The position numbers and the translations under genes are program-made. Source: Eledone cirrhosa (Eukaryota). From it: a DNA stretch of 64,000 bases. The notes beneath the pieces are model-generated. The model had not been told where the DNA came from and made no database searches. It saw only the letters and a program-made list of their open reading frames with translations. Shown piece by piece: positions 13,601 to 24,676 of the stretch. Each line of letters opens with the position of its first letter. Positions within the stretch are counted from its first letter, which is position 1. Location: positions 84,754,001-84,818,000 of the forward strand of contig OZ024741.1 of the NCBI GenBank assembly GCA_964016885.1, given 5' to 3'.

Positions 13601-14400
13601 TTGATAATGATGATGATTATTGTGGTGGTTGATCTGGTTGGTCTCGACCGTGTCATTGAGTAAGCATCCTCTTGTGCTGAAATTTAGGAGTGGCTCTTCA
13701 TGTTGTTGTTCTTCTTTTATGGCGATTTTATGGCGGTTGTTTTTCTTGTTGATTTTTTGAATGTTGTTGATGATGGTTTCGTGACTGATGTGTTTCTAGT
13801 TGATTTTGTGGCTGTAGTTGTTGTGGTTCTTGTTGGCTTTGTTGCTACTGTGGTCGATGTTGTTGTTGTCACTGTTGATTTGCTTGACAAATATTTGGAG
13901 AGAATATATGGCGAATTTTTTCAAACTGACTGAATTAATTTGAATGAATTCTCAATATGTTTAATTTTGCTTCCTATCTGCTTCACTGAACACGCATTGA
14001 ACATTTAGGCTGCTTTTGTGGCAATATGATTCAGACATGAATCGTCAATATTTTCAAATTCGGGAGAGACACAAACAATGCATTTATGAGGAGGTCGTTT
14101 TCTCTGATCAATTCCGTTTGTTGTAAACTTTGTTTTTTCTTTTCTTTTTTATAGTCTCTTATGTGTGTGAGTTTTTTTTTTTCTGTTATTTGGTTATTTA
14201 ATGTTAATAAAGAACAAGTGAATATTATACTAATAATCTGTGCAGAAATTGGATGTTTTACAGTTAGAATACATACTTACAAGTTTGTGGGTAAAAACTT
14301 GGTTACGAAAAATATATCTTCTAGGGTTTCAGAAGAGAAGTAGGTTCAGATAGGGTGTATGACTTGCTACAGATTTTAGGAGAGCCTTAAAAACACGTCA
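10625..14400 (-). mobile_element. Decayed CR1/L2-group LINE (ORF1 Cys/His motifs, APE, RT)
   Basis: Fragments ILMMGDF..VDW and WDLVFSN..SDDDMV (APE); NYCLISFTSYIIKLFERV and EYCCPLWS (RT and C-terminus); many stops and frameshifts. Confidence 0.75.
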
Positions 14401-14444
14401 GTATACTACATATTGATGTATGTATGTAAATATATCCATCTATC

Positions 14445-14543
<99 letters not shown>

Positions 14544-14556
14544 GTATATATATACA

Positions 14557-14593
<37 letters not shown>

Positions 14594-14594
14594 G

Positions 14595-14932
14595 ATAAAT
14601 TTAATCTGAGTTTTTTTATATTAATAACATTCCATTCGTTTGCAATTTTGTAAACAACCCTCAACTTTATAGCCATATCATTCTTGGTCTTGCGTTGGCA
14701 TGCGAACAGAACTGCAGACACTAATCTTTCTGAGCATCACCCTTCGTCAGTACAGCTCACTGTTCACCTGCCAAACTGTCAGAGCTAGTGAAAATATATG
14801 CTATTTGCAAAAATACACAGTGACTGATCGGCCTGATTTGCAAAATTGCAAACGAATGGAATTTTATTATTAATATTCAAAAAACTCAGATTACATTTAT
14901 TGTATTCAGCCATTTAGAGCGAAAATTTTCTT
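14595..14932. mobile_element. Small TA-inserted element with ~60-bp inverted repeats and a decayed HHR (14712-14755, minus)
   Basis: 14595-14655 is inverted at ~14837-14900. Minus strand ctgta CTGACGA agggtgatgctca GAAA gattagtg TC tgcag. Confidence 0.55.
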
Positions 14933-14965
14933 TTATATATATACATATGTATACGTGTATATATA

Positions 14966-15011
<46 letters not shown>

Positions 15012-15016
<5 letters not shown>

Positions 15017-15590
15017 TTTGAGACTTGAAACCGCGCGGTAAGGGTAATTATATCAGGTACAGTAAACCTTTTAAAATTTATTTTAAAACTTTTTCTTATT
15101 TGCTAAACATTGATTATATATGTTCTGTCTCGTTAATTTATTAACCTGCCATAGAACCACTGGCATACGGTTATATAATACATGTGTCCCTATATGTATT
15201 TTGTAGGAAAACATACTTTATTATTATTAATCTCCCCTGGTCGAGATAACATTTTGGTCGTTTTAACTGCTACTATTTCTAGTGGCAGTACATTGACCAT
15301 TCCGCCCCTGCCTTCTATCTTTACACACGGCACTAGACAAGATTGTTTCTTCGTCATACACTCTTATCCGGGAACAGTTCTGTATGGCGCCAGTTCGTGA
15401 TTTGAATTCGGGAATTTTATATTCTCCGAGTGAGAAGAACCCTCTGACGAAAGTCTTCTTCTCAATGGATTTCCGCATGGATTATCCATTTATTTTGAGA
15501 CTTGAAACGGCGCGGTAAGGGTAATTATAGCAGGTACAGTGAACTTTTTAAAATTTATTTTAAAACTTTTTCTTATTTGCTAAACCTTGG

Positions 15591-15592
<2 letters not shown>
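15012..15592 (+). mobile_element. Retrozyme-like family D (477-nt unit, ~1.2 copies); diverged partial copy at ~15698-16052
   Basis: ttattttgagacttGAAA..ggtaagggtaatta repeats with GAAA at 15027 and 15504; non-coding, hairpin-rich, (TA)n flanks. Confidence 0.78.
15439..15522 (+). ncRNA. Type I hammerhead ribozyme with extended stem II (family D)
   Basis: accct CTGACGA aagtct..agactt GAAA c(c/g)gcgcgg TA agggt. Confidence 0.82.
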
Positions 15593-15670
<78 letters not shown>

Positions 15671-16046
15671 GTGTATATGTATGCATATATATATATTTTT
15701 TTATTTTAAAACCGTTTCTCTATTTGCTAGACCTTGATTTTATATGTTCTGGCTTGTTAATCTATTAACCCGCCATAGAACCACATTGGCATACGGTTGG
15801 ATAATACTTGTTTCCCTATATGTATTTTTTACACGTAGGAATTCATACTTTATTATTATTGATCTCTCCCTAAGGTAGAGATAAAATGTTGGCCGTTTGG
15901 ACTGCTGCTACTTCTAGTGGCAGGACTTAGACCTGTCCACCCTGCGTTTTGTCTTTGCACACGGCACCAGACAGATTTATTTATTTCATCATTCGCTCTC
16001 ATTTCGGAATGGTTTTGTATGGCGTCAGTTCTGATTTGAACTAGGG

Positions 16047-16089
<43 letters not shown>

Positions 16090-16281
16090 TATGTATACGT
16101 ACATACATATATGTATACAGACGTACAGTAGTATGTATATATATACATACATGCAATATGTACGTACGGATTTACCGAACATTTATTATAATGCTCGGTT
16201 TGTTTGTAAACAAACATCCCGAATTAAGCCGTACAGTGTTTAGCAACCATCGTTGCTCTTTTGTTCAACACTGACAAAGGA

Positions 16282-16324
16282 ACGATCTACTAGTTTCAAG
16301 CTTATTAGCTATCGTCAGCATCGT
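16282..16324 (-). ncRNA. Type I hammerhead ribozyme (family B)
   Basis: acgatg CTGACGA tagct-aata-agctt GAAA ctag TA gatcgt. Confidence 0.82.
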
Positions 16325-16712
16325 ATACCTTCCTGTCAGATGATTGAACGTCTGAAAGTATATACTTTCCTTATGCATATTAACGGTTGAGTAGCTTAAT
16401 TTGCGTATCGAGTGAGTTAATCGGCCGGGTGCACCGATAACGATAAATGGAAAAAATGAAACGAAATTCCATTTCTCACTCTTAGTACGGCTGTTACTTA
16501 AATATAAGTATGTATACGTACATACACATATGTATACAGACGCTAATAAGCTTGAAACTAGCACACCGTTCCTTTGTCAGTGTATAATAAATGGGAAACG
16601 ATGGTTGCTAAACACTGTACGGCTTAATTCGGGATGTTTGTTTACAAACAAACCGAGTATTATAATAAATGTTCGGTAAATCCGTACGTACATATATATA
16701 TATATGAGTGCA

Positions 16713-16753
<41 letters not shown>

Positions 16754-16978
16754 TACTGTACGTCTGGATACATATATGTATGTACGTATACATACCTATA
16801 TTTAAGTAACAGCCGTACTAAGAGTGAGAAATGAAATTTCGTTACATTTTTTCCATTTATCGTTTTCGGTGCGCCCGGCCGATTAATTCACTCGATATGC
16901 AAATTAGACTACTCAGCCGTTAATATGCATAAGGAAAGTATAAACTTTCAGACGTTCAATCATCTGGCAGGAAGGTAT

Positions 16979-17021
16979 ACGATGCTGTCGATAGCTAATA
17001 AGCTTGAAACTAGTACATCGT
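16979..17021 (+). ncRNA. Hammerhead ribozyme (family B), core mutated to CTGTCGA
   Basis: acgatg CTGTCGA tagctaataagctt GAAA ctag TA catcgt. Confidence 0.7.
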
Positions 17022-17310
17022 TCCTTTGTCAGTGCTGAACAAAAAGGCAACGATGGTTGCTAACCACTGTACGTCTTAATTCGGGATGATTGTTTACAAA
17101 CAGACCGAGCATTAGAATAAATGTTCGGTAAATCCGTACGTACATATATATATGTGTGTGCATGTATGTATATATATACATACTACTGTACGTCTGTATA
17201 CATATATGTATGTACGTATACATACTTATATTTAAGTAACAGCCGTACCAAGATTGAGAAATAAAATTTCGCTTCATTTTATCCATATATATATATATAT
17301 ATATATATAT

Positions 17311-17542
17311 CAAGTAAGTATGTTTTGAAACAGTGAGCAGGTTTGAAATTAGAAAATAGAATAGCTTTCACCGTATTTTTGACTAAAGGAATTTTAGCCT
17401 GATAATGGTGTTTAGAACCCTCAAATAAATGGAAAAAGATGAGTTTTGACACACATACTCATCTTTTTCCATTTATTTGAGGCTTCTAAACCCCATTATC
17501 AGGCTAAAATTCCTTTAGTCAAAAATACGGTGAAAGCTATTC
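17311..17542. repeat. Fold-back (~90-bp arms, 17359-17542) of the element seen at 38181-38415
   Basis: gaatagctttcaccg..ggaaaaagatgagt pairs with actcatctttttcc..cggtgaaagctattc; (TA)n flanks. Confidence 0.8.
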
Positions 17543-17687
17543 ATATATATATATATATATATACAGGCATATATGCATATGTATAAACAAACATACATAT
17601 ACATGTAGTATAAAGCATGTTTTAAGACTCCCCTAAAGTCAGTAGCAAGTTACACAGCCTAAATTCATTTATATATGTATGTGTAAA

Positions 17688-17860
17688 TACGCATGATTAG
17701 CGGTTAGACCGCTCGGTTAGACCTGGGGTTCGATTCTCGTCTGATCTTCACATTGTGTTCTTGAGCAAAATATTTAATTTCGCGTTGCTCTAGTTCACTC
17801 GGCTATAGAAATGAGTTGAGACGTGACTGCTGCCGATGGTCATTCGCAACTGAGGGGTAT
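17688..17860 (+). mobile_element. Decayed tRNA-derived SINE (second family; relatives at 24440-24605 minus and ~43855-43970)
   Basis: A-box-like tagcggttag, B-box ggttcgattc, followed by tgtgttcttgagcaa. Confidence 0.6.
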
Positions 17861-17961
17861 ATTTGTGCTTTTAATATATGTATGTATATGTTATAATATA
17901 CTCGCATATTTATAACATGTATAACACACACACACGCACACATACACACACACACACACAT

Positions 17962-18028
<67 letters not shown>

Positions 18029-19377
18029 AATGTTTTTTTTCATTTTGTAAAAAAGATAATATATATATATATATATACATATGGGGGGGGGGCGTATTTA
18101 TGCATTCCGTATATATTTGAATATATAGATAAAAAAATATGACTTAAAAGTATAAGTACGTGGATCGACACAATTGACTAAATCACTTCAAGCTGGTGCT
18201 CCACCATGGACGCAGTATAATCACAGGAACGCGTAAGAAATTCTCTGGTGATTTTAGCATTAGTTCAGTTTTCAAATTCCAATAATAATGGTCTATTTTC
18301 GGCTATAATAGAAGGCTATCGTGCAGAGCGTTCGAATACAACATCACATGCTGGAAAAATGTTCTTTACCGCGTAGCTATCCCCTCGCGGATCTGTCTGT
18401 GTTTATACAAATACAAATCTCTAACTCATTATTTTGCATTTGATCTTCGAGTGATGTCAATTCCGTCTAATTACAAACTTTGGCTAATCTGAAGTATATC
18501 CACTTGAAGACTGAATAAAGACGTTTCGTTAATATTCTTATATTTACATCTAGCATCTTCAAGAACTGAATTTTATATATTTACAAAACATTTTAGTCAT
18601 TTTTTGTTTATATCTTCAGTTTTCTTGCTCGAATACAAATGTCTATAAAGCACTTCTTGAGTATTTTTAAAATTATACTTTGGTTTAAACATTTTTGAGA
18701 GAATTTTGAACGTTTTCCATATTGAGTATTTGTTTTTATTTTAAAGATTTGTAAACGACAAGTAAATCTTTCTATTTTCTCTTTTTTTCATTCTTTACAA
18801 GATAGTATGACTGTAAATAGTCAATTACATGCGCACATAAATGTGCACACATACAGTAACTCACATACACACTCACACCCACACATACACACACGTGTGT
18901 GTGTTGTATGTGAGTGTGTATAGTACTTTTATGAAAATGTATTGATTGTTGATGCCAAATGGCAAATATGTTCTCTTCACATTCATTAGGTCACGGATTC
19001 GACCCCACGCAGCGTCCTCTGAAGCAAGCTCCATTTACTATAGCCTCGGGTTGACCCACGTTTTGTATAAGAAATCGAATAGATGCAAGGAGATTGGATG
19101 TACTGTAACTAATATTCAATAAACCAGACTTGTCACACACTGTCTCACGCTGAGCCCCAGTGTTAAATAGGCTAATCAACGTGTCTGTGGAATGTTCAGC
19201 GCTTTCTAAGTTAATTTGACGTGCAAGCTGTTCCGTTTTTCGAAGACCAATTAAAGTTGTCCTCGGATCCGATGGAAGGCCAATACATATGCACAATATC
19301 AATGTTGTGTATTGTGATATAAAGTCCTGAAGGTAACTCTTCATTAGTTTTGTCTGCGCCCTCACTCTCTGACTATG

Positions 19378-19421
<44 letters not shown>

Positions 19422-20016
19422 TATATCTATATGTGTGTATGTGTGTGTATTACAAAACTGGGGTGCGAAGACCGGGAAGACCACAAATCAGATTATTACT
19501 CAATGCTTTATGGGATGCCGAATAGGTATATTATTGAGGAGGATGAATTATTGATTCTGAATTTCAAGACTGGCCAAAGTTTTCAGATTTGTTCCACCCA
19601 GAGGAAACTGCATGTGCGGAAAGGTTAAATCTTGGTAGTTTACCAAATAGTAACTGGGGCATTCATTCATTTAATTTAATTAGGAAATATTTGGTTGAAT
19701 TGAAATACTGGCAGAAATTGTTAAATATGAACATAGTATTTATACTACTATTTAGTTGTATTTGAGTTCAACTAGTAGGTTGGTTAGATGAGACCTGCTA
19801 GCTTAAAATCCCCGGTGTATTTATATCTAGTATGTATCTCTAATGTAGACGCAAAGATGACTGTGTGGCTAAGTAGCTTGTTTCGCAACCACTTGGCTTT
19901 GGGTGCAACCCCATTCTTTAAATACTTTGGCATATATCATCTACAGCAAAGGCGGGATGACCAATGTCTTTTTAGCGAAATATATATGATAGACGGGAAA
20001 TGTGTGAAAGCCCTTC

Positions 20017-20065
<49 letters not shown>

Positions 20066-20068
<3 letters not shown>

Positions 20069-20279
20069 ATAATAATGAATTTGAAGACTAAAATCCAAAG
20101 AGGACTCGATAAGGATAAATATATATCAGATATATGAGAACCGTAGAGCAAATATTTATTAAAATAACAGATTAAAGTTTAAGCAAATAATCGCTGCTTT
20201 CACCCTTAACGGGATCTTCTGAAATCCTGTTAAGGGTGTAAGCAACGATTCTTTGCTTAAACTTTAATCTGTTATTTTA

Positions 20280-20285
<6 letters not shown>
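20066..20285. mobile_element. Fold-back fragment of N2 pLTR end with CAGAAGA HHR
   Basis: 20154-20224 matches 7439-7509 and folds back over 20224-20285. Its outer end matches short fragments at ~2932-2990 and ~35091-35176. Confidence 0.8.
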
Positions 20286-20327
<42 letters not shown>

Positions 20328-20502
20328 GTATGTATATTGGCCCAGCACTATGTGTCAATAATTGTCACAAGCGTATTGTTTGTACCAGAGTTTTCAAGTC
20401 GCTTGCTGTACTAAAAAGTCACACTCGTTCAGCGCATCGGTAGGGGTTCTCCTACATGGATATAAAGTAGTGGCGGTACTCGAAAACGAGTTGGCAGCCA
20501 CC

Positions 20503-20537
<35 letters not shown>

Positions 20538-20571
20538 ATATGTATATATATAATATATATATATAATATAT

Positions 20572-20622
<51 letters not shown>

Positions 20623-20626
<4 letters not shown>

Positions 20627-22280
20627 TGAAGTTTCCGTTGGAAATTGAAAAAGTCATGGGAATGAAGAGTGCTCTGTGTAAGTACCAGAGCAAAATTTAA
20701 TGTATAATAAACAATACAATATAATTACCTCATTACCAGAGGTTTCCCGAATAAGACGAATACGAAAAACGTCCTCATTCGTTCGTCGGACAAGGCAACT
20801 TAAAACATAGTGAAATATTTGGAAAGTATCCTCAAGAAATGCAAAAAATATATAAATAAAAGTAATGCAAGAGATATAAAAAAAAATATTTAAAAAAATT
20901 ATATAAAAAAATATAAGGAAATATAGTTAGGGTATGTGTATATGTATGTATATACACTCACAAATGTACATATGTGTGTATGTACAAATGCATGTGTATG
21001 GTGAAAATGTGTGCGTAAGTAGATATATGAGGGCAAGTATATTTGTGTATATGTGACCGCAAATACGTATATAATATGAGTTGAAAAAGAAATTGTATGA
21101 TAATATAGTTGACACGCATCCAGATACAGGTATTAAATACACATACGAATATGAAAGCACGCGTATAAACACACACACACGCGCGGTCACTTATATGCGG
21201 AAGATAAAGAGGGAAGGGAGTGTAATAGTAAAAAGAAGTGTCATTCTCGATATATGTATAAAAATGAAACAATATATGAGAATGAAAAAGTTTTTTAAAT
21301 AAAAGAGAAAGTAATCAATTAACACTAGAGAAAGAAAACAAACATAGGTACGCACGTACATACACACATATATATAAAAACAAATTATACACACAAATAC
21401 GTACAGACAAAAGCGCATGTATGCGTACATACATACACACGAGGCACGTATATATATATCGCCCCATGTAAATCTAATCATATGTACGTACGCGACTATA
21501 TATATATATACACATATACATACACACCCATACATATACATATATACACATATACATATACACATACATTCACCCGCATACACACACACGTAAAAATAAG
21601 AATGTAAAAAACATAGATATAAAAAAAACATACATATAAAAACACACATACACGCACATATATATACGTACGCACGCACACGTACGGAGGCGTTCGTATA
21701 CATATACAGAACGTATACACACATAAGCACAATCAGACACATAGATACAGATTATAAATCAGCCATATGAATAAATGAGTACAAATATAAAATCGGCTGC
21801 GAAACAACAGAATATATCTGGAGTGGAAAACGCAAGTGACACGATATCAGGTAGTAAAAAAAATAGGGGAGGTAAAATGTGTAATGTGAAGATATTAGGT
21901 AAGTGAATCGAAAAGTAGGTGGATGTGAAGTAAAAATAAAAATAAAAATAAAAATAAAAATAAAAATAAAAATAAAAATAAAAATAAAATTAAAAATAAA
22001 GTTAAACATGAAAGTAAATCAGAAAGAGAAGTCTGTAAAGAGGATCATTTAAGGAAAGTGAGGAATAAGAGTTTATGGAGGATAACTATATGAAAGTGAG
22101 TTAAGTTTATATGAGCTGGAAAGCAAGTGTGATCTCATGTGTGGGCAACTGGTGAAAATTTCTGTTTTTGTATTTAGGCAGGTTTTTCGTGATTTAAGGT
22201 TCTGTAAAATCCAATATTTTTCACTTATGCAGAGTGTGCATTTTCTTGTCCCTCTTGCATATTCTTTAGATTGGTTCAAA
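20623..22280 (-). mobile_element. 3' end of a Naiad-like PLE (family N3): GIY-YIG C-terminus plus long pLTR
   Basis: ORF 22073-22285 (KCTLCISEKYWIL..LNTKTEIFTSCPH) is homologous to the 32080 ORF C-terminus; HHR near the far end; (TA)n flanks. Confidence 0.8.
20729..20794 (-). ncRNA. Type I HHR, U4C core (N3 pLTR)
   Basis: cttgt CCGACGA a-cgaatgagg..tcttattcg-g GAAA cctctgg TA atgag. Confidence 0.68.
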
Positions 22281-22327
22281 ATCAAATCCCATTATATATA
22301 TGTATTTATATATATGTCTATATATAT

Positions 22328-22441
<114 letters not shown>

Positions 22442-22487
22442 CAAGGCTCTGATACCATCAGAGCTGACATATCTAAGAACTGACTAT

Positions 22488-22543
22488 CTGCCTGATGAGG
22501 TCATAGCCATTGAATGGCTATCATCGAAATATATATATAGCAG
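22488..22543 (+). ncRNA. Type I HHR in a short solo pLTR-like fragment (22441-22590)
   Basis: ctgc CTGATGA ggtcatagcca-ttgaa-tggctatcatc GAAA tatatata TA gcag; related motif at 62925. Confidence 0.8.
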
Positions 22544-22610
22544 TAAATAAAGGATTATGAGTTCATGCAATTGACTTATGTTTCGTCACTATATATATAT
22601 ATATATATAT

Positions 22611-23180
22611 ATTGTTATACTTTGGGAGAGTCATGTTGCCAATAAGAAACACACGCACCAGTTGCTTTCAATCCAATTTATTATAAATTAAATTTATAAA
22701 TTTAAGAATTTATAAATTTCCGGTTGGTTGGTTCCATAACCGGACGGTTGTTCATATATTGTCAAAGTTCTTTCGTCACACATTCTGTGACCTCTTCAGT
22801 GACTGGGGATTCTTTTCTTTGTTTTGTGCCTCTCCTTTGTTCTGTCCTACGCCATCTTGTTTTTGTTTGTGTTGTACACAGACACCCGTATGTAACACAT
22901 GCGCAAACTAAGTACACAACACACACAAAAACAAGATGGCGTAGCACAGAACAAAGGAGAGGCACAAAACAAAGAAAAGAATCCCCAGTCACTGAAGAGG
23001 TCACATAATGGGTGACGAAAGAACTTTGACAATATATGAACAACCGTCCGGTTATGGAACCAACCAACCGGAAATTTATAAATTCTTAAATTTATAAATT
23101 TAATTCATAATAAATTGGAGTGAAAGCAACTGGTGCGTGTGTTTCTTATTGGCAACATGACCACCCCAAAGTATAACAAT
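22611..23180. mobile_element. Head-to-head pair of P1 pLTRs with HHRs at 22761-22803 (-) and 22988-23030 (+)
   Basis: Both arms match ~4560-4868; junction ~22875; gtca CTGAAGA..GAAA gaac TT tgac in each arm. Confidence 0.88.
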
Positions 23181-23269
23181 ATCGGTTTCAACACACGTTT
23201 TCAGATAAAGAATTTTGTTAAACAAATTCAGAAACGAAATATATATATATATATATATGTATATGTATG

Positions 23270-23301
<32 letters not shown>

Positions 23302-23308
23302 TGTACAT

Positions 23309-23403
<95 letters not shown>

Positions 23404-23527
23404 TGTATATATAATGTATTTTGCAATACACTTTATGCTTAATTAAAACCATTTTGAAGACTGTGTGCTATCGTTTGAGAGTAGTCACAAACTCACTTAC
23501 TTTAATCTCAGCAAACAAGGGGAGATA

Positions 23528-23572
23528 AGCCGACAAGGCCTTGTTTCACATTTATTGATGCTTATCAAGGCT
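23528..23572 (-). ncRNA. Type I HHR, U3-A8 variant (family C)
   Basis: agcc TTGATAA gcatc-aata-aatgt GAAA caaggccttg TC ggct; mutated copy at 23846-23890. Confidence 0.78.
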
Positions 23573-24133
23573 AATTACTCCCCCCTGTCTACTGAGATAC
23601 TGATGTTATATTCTTATAGAATTCTCGTAAATAATCAGGAACTGATTATACAGAGCGGTTGCCGGTCAGGCAGAAATTTAAAATTAGAATTGGAGCTCTG
23701 AAATAGCAATATATATATGAATGTATATATAATGTATTTTGCAATACACTTTATGCTTAATTAAAAGCATTTTCAAGACCGTATGCTATTGTTTTAGAGT
23801 AGTGACAAACTCACTTACTTTAATCTCAGCAAACAAGGGGAGATAAGCCCACAAGGCCTTGTTTTGCATTTATTGATGCTTATCAAAGCTAACTACTCCC
23901 TCATGTCTACTGAGATCACTGATGTTATATTCTTATAGAATTCTAGTAAATAATCAGGAACTGATTATACAGAGCGGTTGCCGGTCAGGCAGAAATTAAA
24001 AATTAGAATTGGAGCTCTGAAATAGCTATATATATATATGAATGTATATATAATGTATATTATACTAGAATTATTTACTAGAATATTATAAGAATATAAC
24101 ATCAGTGATCTCAGTAGACAGGAGGGAGTAGTT

Positions 24134-24178
24134 AGCCTTGATAAGCATCAATAAATGCGAAACAAGGCCTTGTCAGCT
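24134..24178 (+). ncRNA. Type I HHR, U3-A8 variant (family C)
   Basis: agcc TTGATAA gcatcaataaatgc GAAA caaggccttg TC agct. Confidence 0.78.
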
Positions 24179-24439
24179 TATCTCCCCTTGTTTGCTGAGA
24201 TTAAAGTAAGTGAGTTTGTCACTACTCTAAAACAATAGCATACGGTCTTCAAAATGCTTTTAATTAAGCATAAAGTGTATTGCAAAATACATTATATATA
24301 CATTCATATATATATTGCTATTTCAGAGCTCCAATTCTATTTTTTAAATATATATATATATATATATTTAGGAACGATCGACTTTTTTGTCAAATCGGAC
24401 CGAGGGAACAATGTTTCCGTTGGTCTTTCCAATTTCTAA

Positions 24440-24603
24440 TACTATCTATCGGTCGCAACTCCAGGTAGAAGGAGCAACGTGAAATAAAGTGTCTTGCTCA
24501 AGGACATAACGCATCGCCTGGTCCAGGAATCGAACTCACAACCTTACGATTGCGAATACAATTCTCTAACCACTCAGCCACAGGCCTTCACCTCAGCCAC
24601 ACG

Positions 24604-24605
<2 letters not shown>
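24440..24605 (-). mobile_element. tRNA-derived SINE
   Basis: Minus strand gtggctgagtggttagag..gtgagttcgattcc..tgtccttgagcaagacac. Confidence 0.7.

Positions 24606-24676
<71 letters not shown>

Larger units (their letters stand above)
16087..17284. mobile_element. Retrozyme-like family B (~419-nt unit): ~1.1 units on minus plus ~1.8 units on plus, head-to-head
   Basis: aagtatgtatacgtac at 16087 and 16506; inversion at ~16542; one HHR per unit; (TA)n flanks. Confidence 0.85.
23400..24345. mobile_element. Retrozyme-like family C (~318-nt unit): ~2.1 units on minus plus ~0.9 unit on plus, head-to-head
   Basis: gaatgtatatataatgta at 23401, 23719 and 24040; inversion ~24060-24070; (TA)n flanks. 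Confidence 0.85.
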
